This document shows positions 13,258 through 24,900 of a DNA stretch of 64,000 nucleotides, piece by piece. The DNA lies in the NCBI GenBank assembly GCA_027923505.1, contig BROI01000022.1, positions 1-64,000 on the forward strand. The letters run 5' to 3'. Each line of letters starts with the position of its first letter. Within the stretch, counting starts at the first letter, position 1. The position numbers and the translations under genes were made by a program. Source of the DNA: Mayamaea pseudoterrestris. Its lineage: Eukaryota. The notes under the pieces are model-generated. The model was not told the DNA's origin. It made no database searches and saw only the letters and a program-made list of their open reading frames with translations.

Positions 13258-14903
13258 CGAAGGCCACGAGTGCTACATGCACATACCTGAAGGTTTCCAA
13301 GACGACTATCCACCCAATCACGTTTGGCTACTCAAGCGCACGCTATACAGGAACTGTGCTGCGAGCGTTCTGGGACCAACTGGTCAAAGCACTTCGACAG
13401 ATAGGATTTGAACGGAGTGTTGCCGACCCCTGCCTGTTTTACAAACAAGATGGTGACCGCCACATGCACATCGTCTCGCACATCGACGATCTCCTGTTAA
13501 GCGGCCCTCCGGACATGATTGAAGACACCAAGAAACAACTTCTACAGCACTTTGACGGCGAAGATGGTGGACCAATGGACGAGTACATCGGTTGCAAGAT
13601 TGAACGAGGCGAAAACTACATGCGATGGACGCAACCAGTCCTCCTACAAAGCTTACAAGACGAGTTTACAATCCCTCCGCCGAAGCGCCAAGAGGCATGC
13701 GTTCCTGCTCAACCCGGGACGGTGCTACCATGCATCAAAGAAGGCGATCCTTCCGCTCTGAGCAACAACAAACAGACGATTCTTCGACAAGGCCTAGGCA
13801 AACTACTTTACCTCGCCCGATGGTCTCGACCAGAGACACTCTACGCCATAAATGACTTATGCCGAGCCATGAAGACGGGAGAAGAAGCCCACGAGAAAGC
13901 CATGTACCGAGCCATCCGCTACATGTGTGCAACACCAAAGAGAGGCAGACTGTTCCTCCCAAACCGCGAGTATACCGGCCCAAACCACGTCTTTATCATC
14001 AGCGCCAGAAGTGATTCAGATTACGCCAAGGACCCTGACAAGCACAAGAGTCACTCCGGTGGCATCACATACCTTGAAGGCGTTCCCGTAGCCGAAGTTT
14101 GCCGCCTACAGAAACACGTCTCCCTTTCAGTAACTGAGTCCGAAATGTCCGCAGGCACCGACGTCATACAAGACATGCTTCACACACATGCCATTCTTCA
14201 GTCAATAGGCCTCAAAGTCCAACTGCCAATGGTCCTGGAAATGGACAACAGCGGCGCAATTGACATCATCAACAGCTGGAAAACAGGAGGGCGCACACGC
14301 CATGTTGACGTTCGCCACAACTTCGCTCGAGAGCTCAAAGAACACGGCATCCTCCTTGTCAAGTACATTGAAACCAAGAAGAACACTGCCGACATCTTCA
14401 CCAAGAACTTGGACCTTTCTACCTTCAATCGCCATGCACGGATCCTAGTTGGAGAGGATGAGTACTACAAGATGGATTCAATGCCTGAAGCCATCGCTCT
14501 CCAAGGGAAGGGTGCTGGGATCCCCGTTTTGGCCGACGAACAAAGCAACATTGAAAAGGACATCGACACGGTCTCAGCGGCACCAAGACACGGAACATCC
14601 CGTTCACGACCACACTCCCACGACGGCGAGAGTAGAAAGTCAGCCACTGGCTCAAACCCTACACACTTCACCGTACCCGAAGAAGTCACGACTGACAACC
14701 GTAGAAAGACTACCACAAGCACATCGAATACTGGAACCGGCGTACACAGCGAATGTTTGGCCCCTACAGAGCGAAGCCGTGCAAACACTACCAGCAGTGA
14801 AGACTATACTGCCAATTCTGTAGACGGACGAGAGCCATCCCGCCTACGGGATGGCCAGTACAAAATGACACGACCGGTAGACAATATACATACGTATGAA
14901 TGA
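12755..14903 (+). pseudogene. pol: pol: reverse transcriptase and RNase H of element 1 (frameshifted); last frame runs into the 3' LTR
   Basis: KARITARGYEQ, FDISGAFLYG, ADPCLF, HIDDLLL, SDSDYA, SVTESE, RTRHVDVRHNF, ADIFTKNL. Confidence 0.92.
14503..14512 (+). promoter_or_regulatory. Polypurine tract of element 1
   Basis: AAGGGAAGGG immediately before the 3' LTR. Confidence 0.85.
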
Positions 14904-15055
14904 GAAGCCACTCTTGGATGCGAAATCGACCGCTTCACTTTCGTCTCATTCTAGAGGATCTACTAACAATAGATTCAAAGTTTCCCCAGTCTTTTAGCGT
15001 TTAAACCGTCTTTTCTCCCTACTTCCGTACGGACCTTCATCTTGGATCTCAAGCA
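14513..15055 (+). repeat. 3' LTR of copia element 1 (543 bp)
   Basis: Matches the 5' LTR except for two isolated substitutions and one clustered change near 15024-15030. Confidence 0.96.
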
Positions 15056-15120
15056 GGCAATGGGATTGGTGAGAACTTGTCACCAGTCTCAGCCAGCGGA
15101 TGTCAGGGTTTCCAAATGCA
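15056..15120. repeat. Terminal remnant of satellite A
   Basis: GGCAATGGGATTGGTGAGAACTTGTCACCAGTCTCAGCC continues the monomer interrupted at 4212. Confidence 0.85.
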
Positions 15121-15362
15121 CTTTCACCATGTTTTTACTTATTCCAGCCTGGTTGATGGATATCAATCCATATTTGTATCAACAGTATGTGCAGGAAAGA
15201 AGGCCAGCCAAGAGCTTTGGTGGTTCAAAGCTTACTGCTCGCGCACGCTTTGGAATACTAGCAACTACAAAGAGTCCACTACTGGTAAACATTCATTGGC
15301 TGAAAAGAGCGAGCCACAGCCTTCACGCATGCGATGCATGGAATCAAAGTTTTACAGTAGCC

Positions 15363-16190
15363 TTACAAACCTGCTTCAGTCTTCCATGAACTAATCTTTT
15401 CCCACTGATTTTGCGAAAACCATCCACTCGAAAGGCAAGTAGAAAACAGCATTTGCATGTGAAGACGATAATTGACTGGATTGTCGCTGTAGCGTCTGAC
15501 AAGAGCATCCCGGCATGCTTGAACGCAGTTAAAGATTCGATTCGGATCCATTAAATTATTAGTTGGGCCGTCCATGTATCGTGAAATGAGTTGGGACAAT
15601 TTCACGACGGAAAATCGATTGAAATAGTAATTCCCGGTAAAAATTCCAGGCACAATTTCGTTTCCCTTTAATCGAGCATTAATGGCAGCAAGCTCCTGAG
15701 TCAACTGGTCATTCTGGGTACGTAGCGCTAATACGCTGTTGCGTAATGTGGTCAGCTCTTGATTGGCAGCCATGTGCTGATTCACCGCTTTATAGTACAT
15801 GTCCTCCCAATGAATTGCCTCACTCATAAGATTCACATGCTCCGCCTGGAGTCTTACTATTTCTGTCTTTAGCGCTTCAGCGTCATCTACTGGTCGGCAG
15901 TGTTGCTTGGCGTCGGAAATGCTTCCTGTCCATTGACAGTTTCTGTCGCAGTTTCCGCACTTGACGTTGACGTCACTCCAGATGCGATACAATATCGATC
16001 CAGCAGCCATGGCAGTCGGCCTAGTGTTCGGAGCCCGGCAGTTTGGACAGTTGCCGGCGCGAGGCAAGCAAGAGTTGCAGAATAAATGTTGGCATTGGGT
16101 CAAGACTGGATCGACTGGAATGTTCAAGCAAATGGAGCAAGTCAAATGAGCGGATAACTCGTCGGGCTTTAGAGGGATTGGAGGATGCAT
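15363..16190 (-). CDS. C3HC4 RING finger protein with TRAF-like zinc finger and coiled coil (putative E3 ubiquitin ligase)
   Basis: CSICLNIPVDPVLTQCQHLFCNSC...CPNC; CGNCDRNCQWTG...HC; coiled coil. Confidence 0.85.
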   Translation of the reverse strand: MHPPIPLKPDELSAHLTCSICLNIPVDPVLTQCQHLFCNSCLPRAGNCPNCRAPNTRPTAMAAGSILYRIWSDVNVKCGNCDRNCQWTGSISDAKQHCRPVDDAEALKTEIVRLQAEHVNLMSEAIHWEDMYYKAVNQHMAANQELTTLRNSVLALRTQNDQLTQELAAINARLKGNEIVPGIFTGNYYFNRFSVVKLSQLISRYMDGPTNNLMDPNRIFNCVQACRDALVRRYSDNPVNYRLHMQMLFSTCLSSGWFSQNQWEKISSWKTEAGL

Positions 16191-17004
16191 GGCGTGAACA
16201 GCTAAGAAGTAAGGTCCGGTAAAACAAACGCAGCGATGGACACTGGACAGTGATGGTCATCATTGCATGCCTCCATCGAACGATGGTTGTCCGATTTCTG
16301 TCGTGTCGCAGCAGTTTCAATTTGGCGTCTTCCGGTACTCAGCGAATTCTCGTTTTGTTCTTTGGGATGACTTTGGAGTTGCAGTAGTAATCATGATGAC
16401 TTAAACAGACTTGTAAGAGTTCAGGATCATTCATCCCATATACATTGGTCCCGAAAAGATACACTACACTAGATTCCAGTTGCAAGCGCGTTGGAGGAAC
16501 TGTAGGATCATCGGGCTAAACAAATTTGATCCAACAATTTTCAACGGCTTATGCCAAGAATTGCCTTCTACGAATGATGGCGCATTTGAATTTTTTTTGA
16601 ATGCCTTGCGCACTCCAAACTTTGGCGCCTATCAGATTGCCACTTGTGGTAGCGCAGGGAAGAAAATGCTGCTTCACCGCTTCCGCAAGCTTCGCGACGC
16701 ACTCACTGTCAGTTCGATTATGATTGTAATTGAAATGTTCTGTTGAACACAAACGAGCAAAAGCTTTTACCAGCTGCAGTGTGCAATAAAAATTTTGCGT
16801 TACTCAGGTGCATTAGTAGGCGAGAACGAGCGAGCACTGATGATCGAACACCTGCTTGGAAGAGGACTCAAAGCAGCCCGTGAAGTTGGATCGAAGAAGC
16901 GCGTACAAGTTACCGTACTTTTGCTATGGTACGATATACAATCTATGTAGTTGTACTGCGGCTTAAAGTAGTAAAACCATTAATAAGGCTTGCCTGAAAT
17001 AAAT

Positions 17005-20000
17005 TTAGGCACTAAAGTTAGCAACGGCTTTGAGGTCAACCTTGTTGACTTTCTCGGCGAATCGCAGGCTGCAAAGGCTTTCATGAAAGTGCCCGCTAAG
17101 CGGATTGCAGCAAATGATGGCAAGAGTTTTGGAATTTCCTCCGAGGCTATCCTGCAAAAGGAAGGTAAGCTTTGATTCGCGAAATGGAATATTCTTGTCG
17201 CCCGCTTGTAAGCGCTCAATGACATTCGAAAGCGTGCTGAGACTTTTGTTGATGGCTTTCGTCTCTTCAAGAAGTGCTCCCTGTTTTTTTGACAAAGGGT
17301 GAGAATATTATATTCGATATGCGAATGATAAACACAATTGGAAACTTACACCAACATGATGGGTCCCACTCTTGTCTAGGCGTTCACTTCCGGCCAAGTC
17401 ACACACATTCAGCTTCCCCTGTCGAACGCTACCATCCTGCATCGTGACCGCGAAGTGAATTGTAAATATCATATGGCTACGGGAGCTTTCTTTGTTGGAA
17501 GCGGTAGCTTTCACACAGCGCCGACTCTGTGCCAAAGCAAGTACCTTCATGACATCTTCTCCGCTCGCCGTTGGAACGACGGTGTTCCCAACAACTTCTT
17601 TCGAAGTGACTTTCAGCGAGATTTCCTTGCCACCGGGCCCAGCGTTGTTGCCCAACAAATCAAAAACTTTCTCGTTGTATACTTCTAAAAGCTCGACAGA
17701 GAGACACACACTCGATGACCCACGAGAAAGTTCTTCGATTTCGTGCTTTGCACCAAAAAGTTTGCGGACTGCGCGCCCAATAAGGCCTTCGCATTCGTCT
17801 TCTCCCAACATTGTGTAGGTCTGGTGTAATACAAAAGATGTTAGCGGCCAACGAAAAGTCAATGACAAACCATACCATATATCAGTCGACTGACCTTGCC
17901 GCTTCCAGTTTGCCCATACGCAAATATTGTTACATTGAATCCGTCGACTGCACTCTGAACGAGAGGTTCCGTTGCGTCCCATACGTCTTCTTGTCCATGC
18001 TCGGGTGAGAAGACGCTATCAAAACCGAATTTCCACTGCTTGCGACGCTCCTTCAATCCACCGCGATCCTTGTGGGGCTCTGTCACAAGAATCAAGTTCT
18101 TGGTAAGATCGTCGCCAGAAGTGCACGCTTGCATCTTTGTGCTATCACTACGATCGTAGACACCAGGATAACGAAACAAGGCTGAATCGATGCCTTCCTT
18201 TCGCGTTACATCGCCATTATCTTTGGTGCCCGTGATCTCATGCGGCAGGGGAGGACGGACACGCACAAAGACCCGAATGTTACCGGCAAGTTGCATGACA
18301 CGAGCATGAAGATCGCGACGAACAAGAGCCCCTTCATGCAGCTTGCGGTACAGTTCGTTTTCGCGCTCGTTAAAGCCAGCCATATTAGTGCGAGCATCAT
18401 CTCGCTCCTGTTGGGTTGTCTTTAGCTCGCGCTCTCGGGCATGCAGCTTCTGCTCCATCTCGCGCAGCTTTACCTGGAACAATTGCTCACGCTCCGTCAA
18501 TCCTTGAACATTATGCAGCTCTGCTTCAGCTCGTTCCTTTGTTTGCTCCAGCTCACTTTTGACCGTTTCGTGCTGAATACGCTCGTTCGATAGCTCCAAT
18601 TCCAACGACTCTAGCTGCTCCGACAGCAGCCGCTTGGCTTCTTCGGATTCCTCTAGCTGACGTCGAGCAAACTCCAAAGCAATGTCGCGCTCTTCGAGCT
18701 GTTCCGAGAAGGATTGCTCTATCTCACCAAGCCGTTTGGCCATGACGGAGCTCTCTTCTTGTTTGTCAAAGATGCTTTGTTGAGCTTCACCTAGCTGTCG
18801 AAACAGTTCGCCAATCTTTGCATCCTTCTCAGCCATTGCAGTTTGAGTGACTTCAACCTGACGGGCCGACTCGTCTTGTTTTGCATCAAAGTCGGATTGC
18901 TGCTGCAAGATCTGACCCTTTAGCTCTTCAATCTCGCCCTTCAAGCATGAGATTGTATCAGTAAGCTCGATCATCGATTCATCATTAGCGGCCAGTTCCT
19001 TCGAAGCTTGTTCTAGCTTTGATTCAAGCTTCGGAATTGTCACCTTTTGTAGACTGTCGACAATGGCTTCATACTCCTTCACTTTTACATTGACATCTAA
19101 ATTCACTTGTTCCAGTGCGTTGATCTCATCGACCAAGATGCTATTCTTCGCCAGCAGTTGCTGGTAGTCCGTTCCAAGATTTTCCTTCTCTTCTTCCATC
19201 TGTTGGCGAAAAGCATCCAGCGCGCTCTTGCTTGAGTCTAGCTCTTGCTTGAGACCCGCTATTTCCTGTTCCAATCGATGACACTTTTCCAGCTGCTCTG
19301 TCTTTTCGCCGCGCACAGCCGTTAACTGCTCCTCTAAGCGCATTTGCGCTTGCTTAAGCTCGTCAATTTGCTTGTTGGCGTGGCGTTCATACTCCTTGAG
19401 CTCCGTTTGCAGGCGAGTGGTGGCGACGAGGTGCTCATTCTTGTCGTGTTGCCACTTTTCGCTCGTGTCTTTGAGCTCCGTCTGCAGATTGTCATTCTTT
19501 ATCTCCAGCTTTTGATTCGTCTCTCCAAGTTTCTCATTCTGCTGCCCAAGATTTTCAACGAGTAGCTGAATCTGGCCATTATCGCCGCTGGAATCGCTCG
19601 GTTTGAACTGCTGCATCAACTCCTTGATGCTTGTAAGAATGTCATCCTTGTCAACGTGCTTGGCTCGGCCGCCCGATTCCGTCAAGGACGACGCATCGGT
19701 CGAATGATCGGAGGCAGTTTCGCGTTGGCTAGTCGGCGGATCCGCTTTCGGAGGCGAGTCTGGGAAAGAGTAGTCCTGGCCCATGGAGTTCATGTCAAAC
19801 TCGAGAAGCTGCCCTTTGGCTCGATTGGTCTCGACGCGAGAGCGACTGTAGAAAGGATTATGGTGTCAGAATATTTGGATAAGCTCAACAAAGCTTCGCT
19901 TGTCGCCAGTGAACGTACCGCTCCTCTTCCTTGTCGAGCTCCATTTGCCGAATCTTGGCTTGATCTGGAGGCGAAAAGGTAAGCTGCACTCCGCCTCCCT

Positions 20001-20418
20001 TTTGCATCATGCTAGGCGGAAGCTTGTTCTTCTTGGCCGAGCGAGTGATGCGAGGCGACATTTCTCCTCCTCGTTCCTCTGCTACCTAATATTGGAGAAG
20101 AAAAGATGCAAAATTCAGAATAGGTACAAATGATGATGGTGGTAGATCTAAAATTTGCCAACGATGGAGCAGCATGCGAAACTTTTGGCGTACCACATAG
20201 TATGGAGTCGTTCCAGGCTTGGCATTCTCCTTGGCAGCAAGTGATTCCGACGAGTTTTGACGCGACAAGGACTGGCGCCGACGAATAATGTTCTTGGGTC
20301 CGACGCTAGTGGCAGAGGAAATGGTGGCTGGAAGCGACAGGCGCTTCTTGTTGCGTGAAGCGCTCGAAACACTGGAAGCTCGCTTGCGCGATGCGTCGCG
20401 GCTGCTGGCGAGAGGCAT
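17005..20418 (-). CDS. Kinesin-14 family C-terminal motor protein (multi-exon)
   Basis: Long coiled coil, then GNIRVFVRVRP, FAYGQTGSGK|T, SSRSH, DLAGSE, INKSLSTL, FRESKLTFLLQDSLGGNSKT. GT-AG intron at 20193-20086 and others near 19.9, 17.85 and 17.3 kb. Confidence 0.92.
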
Positions 20419-20736
20419 GCCTGCTAGTAATTATCGAGATGATTGATGAATAGTCTAAAGTCTTTGCTTCATTAACTGTAAGAGCAACTCTCCATCGTCG
20501 AGTTGCCGGAAAGTGGTCGTTGATTGCGCGATGATGGCTGATCGAGCCGTTAAGATACCTTCCGATGTCGCTGCGACAAAAGCTGACAAAATTTTTGATT
20601 CTACATCGCACCGGTTTTGGCCGGTGACCAAGAAAAATCATCGTTCCATTTTCGACGCGAAGACAGCGTCAATGCTTCACAAACAAGCACTGTTCAACGC
20701 ACTCGAGAGAAAAGAACACGTTATAAGTGATTAAGG

Positions 20737-21639
20737 ATGTCGACTATCTTGTCCCCGCCGCAAAATGGGAACAGCCTCTCCAACGAAGAACAAATTACCT
20801 TGACATTTCGACAGACGGCATGCTGGCTGGCAGCTCAAGCAACGAGGGAAACAAAAGCTTTGAATGTCAAATGCGCGATGGATGATAATGCACCAGAAGA
20901 GTTGGATACAAGTTTACTTCCGTCCATGCAAGTAGCTCAGTATCTTTTAGACAATGGTCATCCCGGATTCATTCCGGCAAAGCTTCATACAGAATTGATG
21001 TCACGACAAGGAGATGAGTCAATTACTAGTGAAACAATCAACAAGGCTGACAATACTGTTGAAGTTTATTTGCCATGCTGCAAGCAATGTGGAGCGGTTT
21101 TGCAGCCTGGCCATGACGGAACAAGGGTGCGAGTAATGGCCGAACTTCGAGCATCTCGCACACGACGACGACGCGCACAAGCCAAGCTAAGAAGGCAAAA
21201 GAGAATTCGAAAGAATGACGTGCAATATGCACGCATACACGACTATGGTCAGCAGATGAATGACTCGAGTGACCGATTGCAGGAGCAGTGCTTGCAGCTT
21301 ACTTGCGGCACGTGCGGAGCATGTACGTACGCGCCAACGCATTGCGACAATAAGAACGATGGTAACATGGGTAGCACAGAGTCTCTGAATGCATCAAAGA
21401 TGCAAATTACAAACAAGGTTCGACCAACTGCTTCCAAAAGCAAGCAACAAGCTGTAGGTGGTGGTAGAAACAAGCCAGCTACCAGCAACGACAATTTGGA
21501 GTTTATCCGCCTTCCGACTTCCAAACGACCGTCTGATACTCCGGCGCAGCTACTAACGCTCGACCAGCCTCGCAAAAAGAAGAAGAAAAAGCAAGCCGCC
21601 AATCCTCTGATGGACTTTTTGTCTTCACTGAATAGTTGA
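20737..21639 (+). CDS. Rpr2/Rpp21/Snm1-like zinc-binding protein (possible RNase P/MRP subunit)
   Basis: CKQCGAVLQPG...RVR...LTCGTCG pattern, basic stretches, C-terminal poly-K NLS. Confidence 0.5.
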   Translation: MSTILSPPQNGNSLSNEEQITLTFRQTACWLAAQATRETKALNVKCAMDDNAPEELDTSLLPSMQVAQYLLDNGHPGFIPAKLHTELMSRQGDESITSETINKADNTVEVYLPCCKQCGAVLQPGHDGTRVRVMAELRASRTRRRRAQAKLRRQKRIRKNDVQYARIHDYGQQMNDSSDRLQEQCLQLTCGTCGACTYAPTHCDNKNDGNMGSTESLNASKMQITNKVRPTASKSKQQAVGGGRNKPATSNDNLEFIRLPTSKRPSDTPAQLLTLDQPRKKKKKKQAANPLMDFLSSLNS

Positions 21640-22076
21640 ATCGTTTGTCAATAGGCACATTCGTTACTGCGCTTTATCTGAACGGAATCATTGCAGCATT
21701 GGATTCAAAATTTATAACACGTATCATGATAGCGACTTTGTGAGAGCTAAAAGGCTGCGCTCCTGTATTAATGGCATTTTGCATTGCTCGACGATACGAC
21801 GAGCGACGAGGAATATCAAGCTGCTAGTTGTTTGGGCTGCATCATCCACGAACCGTAGCCACGGACTGCGTGCTGCAAAATAACTACATACATGCTGACA
21901 TCCTTCTTTACATACGTCGTTACAGCAGGTAAAGGTTCTGCCTTTGTCTACTTGCGCAGCCAAATGTCAACCTTCGTCGCTTGAATTCATTTATTATATA
22001 TATTAAGTCTCAACCACCCTTTGTCAAATCTACGCACATTATATACTCACAAGAGGCGAGTAGCAAGGTCTCCTTG

Positions 22077-22134
22077 TTCAGCTGTGCGCCTTGCCAGCTT
22101 CGAATTCGAAGCTGGTTTGGCTGTGCAGCGTCAT
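22077..22134 (-). promoter_or_regulatory. Eukaryotic SECIS element (form 2) in the 3' UTR of selenoprotein K
   Basis: mRNA sense: AUGAC-GCUGCACAGCC-AAA-[CCAGCUUCGAAUUCGAAGCUGG]-CAA-GGCGCACAGC-UGAA, i.e. AUGA/GA core, ~11-nt helix II, unpaired AAA and an apical stem. Confidence 0.8.
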
Positions 22135-22270
22135 TCGGCGGCAGCATTTCATATACTGCTTTGCCAGAGCCTTGCATGCTCATCACTCTTGTGCACGGGA
22201 GCAAATAATTTCGTCTGCCGCTACAGTCTTCCTCGCCTTGTAGCAGCAGACGCGATTCTTATTGCCCCCA

Positions 22271-22737
22271 TTATCTGGCTCACCCGCCGCCAGCGGCGCA
22301 ATCCACCGTCCCTAAATCTCGCACGCCGCGAATGTTTGCGCCAGGTCTTCGTCCAAGTTGCTGGCCGCCACCATAGGAACCAGATGGATCTCTGTATGAC
22401 TTTCCACCGTTTCGTTGCGCAAAGGTACGCTTCTGGAATATCATGAAAGGGAGAGTAATTTGGTGAGAAAGTAATACACGAGCAAGTAGAGTGACAGCGT
22501 GACTCGGGCGTGACAGGCAGCGTATACCAACGATGCTGCCACTCGTTTCGTCTTTTGGCATCAATTCCTCCCAAATCAAAAACTTACAGATCCAGCTTTA
22601 CTTTCAATCGCTTTCGGATTAGTTATAGTCACAAAGAATAGCGTAATCAAGGACCAAACGGAGGCAAACATGTCCTGCACCATTCGAAGCCAGGACTTTT
22701 TGGCGCCGACGGTGCCGTCGGGAGCTATGTATGGCAT
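22271..22737 (-). CDS. SELENOK: Selenoprotein K (SelK/SelG family), 2 exons (22737-22588, 22432-22271), 103 aa, Sec at in-frame TGA 22282-22280
   Basis: MPYIAPDGTV...single TM...G/R-rich tail ending CAAGGG-U-AR*, matching the SelK GGUGR-type end. Phase-0 GTAAGT...CCAG intron; downstream SECIS. Confidence 0.88.
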
Positions 22738-23087
22738 TATAAAGCTTGTATGTGATTCTGTCTGTAGAAGCTTGATGAAAGTATTGTAAGTTGCGCTAGT
22801 AGTAGTTGCAGCAGCTGCGTTATTGTGCCTTTCGTCATGGTCGTCGAACACCAAGCAGCAGTCATCGTGCAATCGTGAATACTGTTCCGCATGACGTGAA
22901 ATGCCACGTGGAAAACGTCAATCGGCGCGGCGCGCGCCAACGAAACGTTCGGCCATGGCGCAACACGACAGACGGATGAAGCAAGTTCTTTCAGCGACGG
23001 AGCGGCTTGCATCGCCCAAATTTTTTTCTATATACAGTTCTGATAAATATTTGTAGCTGACCCAATCAAATTGCAAGTACTAGCAAA

Positions 23088-23645
23088 ATGTCAATAAACT
23101 CTCCTTCACCTACCGGTAAAGCATCATTTGTTCCAACTTGCGACTTGTTCGATAGATATCCAGATGACGCCCAAGTCCCCGAGCTGAACTGGAGGTCTTT
23201 TGGAAAGCGAAAACAGTTTTGTGGAAAGATTTATACGATCCAGTGTCCATGTGACGACAATTCACGGGTCAAGGAGACGCTTGAGCTGGATGGCTATGGA
23301 TATGGACGAGTGCTGATTGTAAACGTCATTGGACGCGACCCTCTTACGCGACATGACTGCGCCATGATGGGAGCCATGCTTGCCAAGGCAGCGGTGAAGA
23401 CTTCGTGGGAAGGGGTTATTGTCAATGGTCGCGTGCGTGATGTAGATGAGTTGGCTCAGGTGGACCTTGGAATTCTAGCCCTCGGCTGCACGCCGCGGAA
23501 GTCTGTTCGTAGAGGCAGTGGCGAAGCATCCTTGCCAGTCGATGTGGGAGGCGTCACTATTTACCCAGGAGATTTGGTATTTGCGGATAACGATGGAGTC
23601 GTGGTGATGGATCCGGCCATATATCGTCCGTACAGTAGTCTGTAG
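23088..23645 (+). CDS. rraA: RraA/MenG family protein (HMG aldolase/oxaloacetate decarboxylase-like)
   Basis: TCDLFD, SFGKRKQFCG, DDNSRV, AMMG, WEGVIVNGRVRD, PGDLVFADNDGVVV. Confidence 0.88.
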   Translation: MSINSPSPTGKASFVPTCDLFDRYPDDAQVPELNWRSFGKRKQFCGKIYTIQCPCDDNSRVKETLELDGYGYGRVLIVNVIGRDPLTRHDCAMMGAMLAKAAVKTSWEGVIVNGRVRDVDELAQVDLGILALGCTPRKSVRRGSGEASLPVDVGGVTIYPGDLVFADNDGVVVMDPAIYRPYSSL

Positions 23646-23767
23646 TCCGTGATACATAAAGTTGGTCCAGTTTCGGAAAATTTTAGTATCATTATAGTCT
23701 ACAATCATTGTATATGGCATGGCGTATCAGTTCTATGCATGCGCTTCAGCGTCTCTTTTCGTTCATT

Positions 23768-24900
23768 CTAATATTCCTTGGGTCCTTCCTCTCGTTTCGA
23801 TTCGACTTGATAACCAATAAAGTCTTCCACCGTCCAGTTCAAGTGCTGACGAACGTGAGCTGCAAACTCCGGAGACACCATTCGACTCTTCTTGGGAGTA
23901 CGATTCTGCGGATCCTTGGGCACGCATTGGCGCTTCAACCCCGTCCACTCCTCAATCTTGGTGAGCAAGTGATCCGTTCCCTTGCTCAGCAAGTACTCGT
24001 ACTGAACGACCCAAAGATCAGACACGCCTTCGTAGTTAACGACGGAAAGCATGTTGCGAATCTTGTCGGATCGCATTTCAAGAATATTGTCATACGGGAG
24101 ACCAGATCCGTCGTTGCGCATTTCGTAAAAGGGTTGATGCTCCGAGTAGCGAATCGTGTGATTGTATTCGGCGCGTGGAACTGGTTCCAAGTTGCAGCTC
24201 ACCAAGTCGCGATACAAAAAGTCTTCTTGGCATTTTGTTGTTTCATCCTTGATCAGCAAGTCTGTTCCAATGCGTGGCATGGTCCATGTTTTCGTCATAA
24301 AGGTATACCAATCGTTTTGAGCCGATGGCGATTGCGTCGAGGCTGTAGGAGTCGTCCGTAAATGTGCCGGAGAATGGTGAGGAACATGCTCCATGGCCTT
24401 GAGCCAGTCATAGGGGTTGCGAAACTGCGCCAATACAAGAGTATCGTGCTTGTATTTGCTGGCATTAACGTATTGGAACCAATGCTTGTAGCGCGTCAGT
24501 CCTCGAGTGACAACGACGGAATGGTTAAAGCATTCAGCAATGTGACTAACGAGTGACATGGAGGGAAATGGAGGTGAGTGGAAAGCCCTTGTGCTTTGAG
24601 AATTGCACCAAAACACTTTTGGCAACATTCAACTTACTCAGAAGTCCATCGCGTGCCACTGTTTCGTTCGCCAAGAATGGCAATCTGACGAATGGGTCGA
24701 GTGAGTGGAACCGCTGTTGCAGTGCGCACTTGTGCTGCTGTCTTGACAATGGTGGATGTGGAAGCTTCGCGAGGCGTTGGCTGAAAGTCTTCGTACTTTA
24801 GCAACAGGCTCACCACAACGACGAGTAGAAACATGGAAAAGACATAGAGTCGTCTCCGACCGCTGTCTCTGGAGGAAGGAACGTGGCTGCTGTTCCTCAT
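23768..24900 (-). CDS. Type II membrane sulfotransferase-like/P-loop protein (2 exons, intron ~24638-24560)
   Basis: N-terminal TM; IAILGERNSGTRW, YKHWFQ, FRNPYDWL, VQYEYL motifs. Confidence 0.55.

Larger units (their letters stand above)
4213..15055 (+). mobile_element. Ty1/copia LTR retrotransposon (element 1, ~10.8 kb, CoDi-like), frameshifted as assembled
   Basis: Direct LTRs with TG...CA ends; 5-bp TSD GGCAA at 4208-4212 and 15056-15060; PPT; domain order gag-PR-IN-RT-RNaseH. The satellite resumes in register after the 3' TSD. Confidence 0.97.

Noticed and set aside
16480..16752. Short ORFs between the RING and kinesin genes
   Set aside because: No recognisable motif, non-ATG starts
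23708..24361. 217-aa plus-strand ORF, and similar antisense ORFs elsewhere
   Set aside because: Antisense shadows of better-supported genes on the opposite strand
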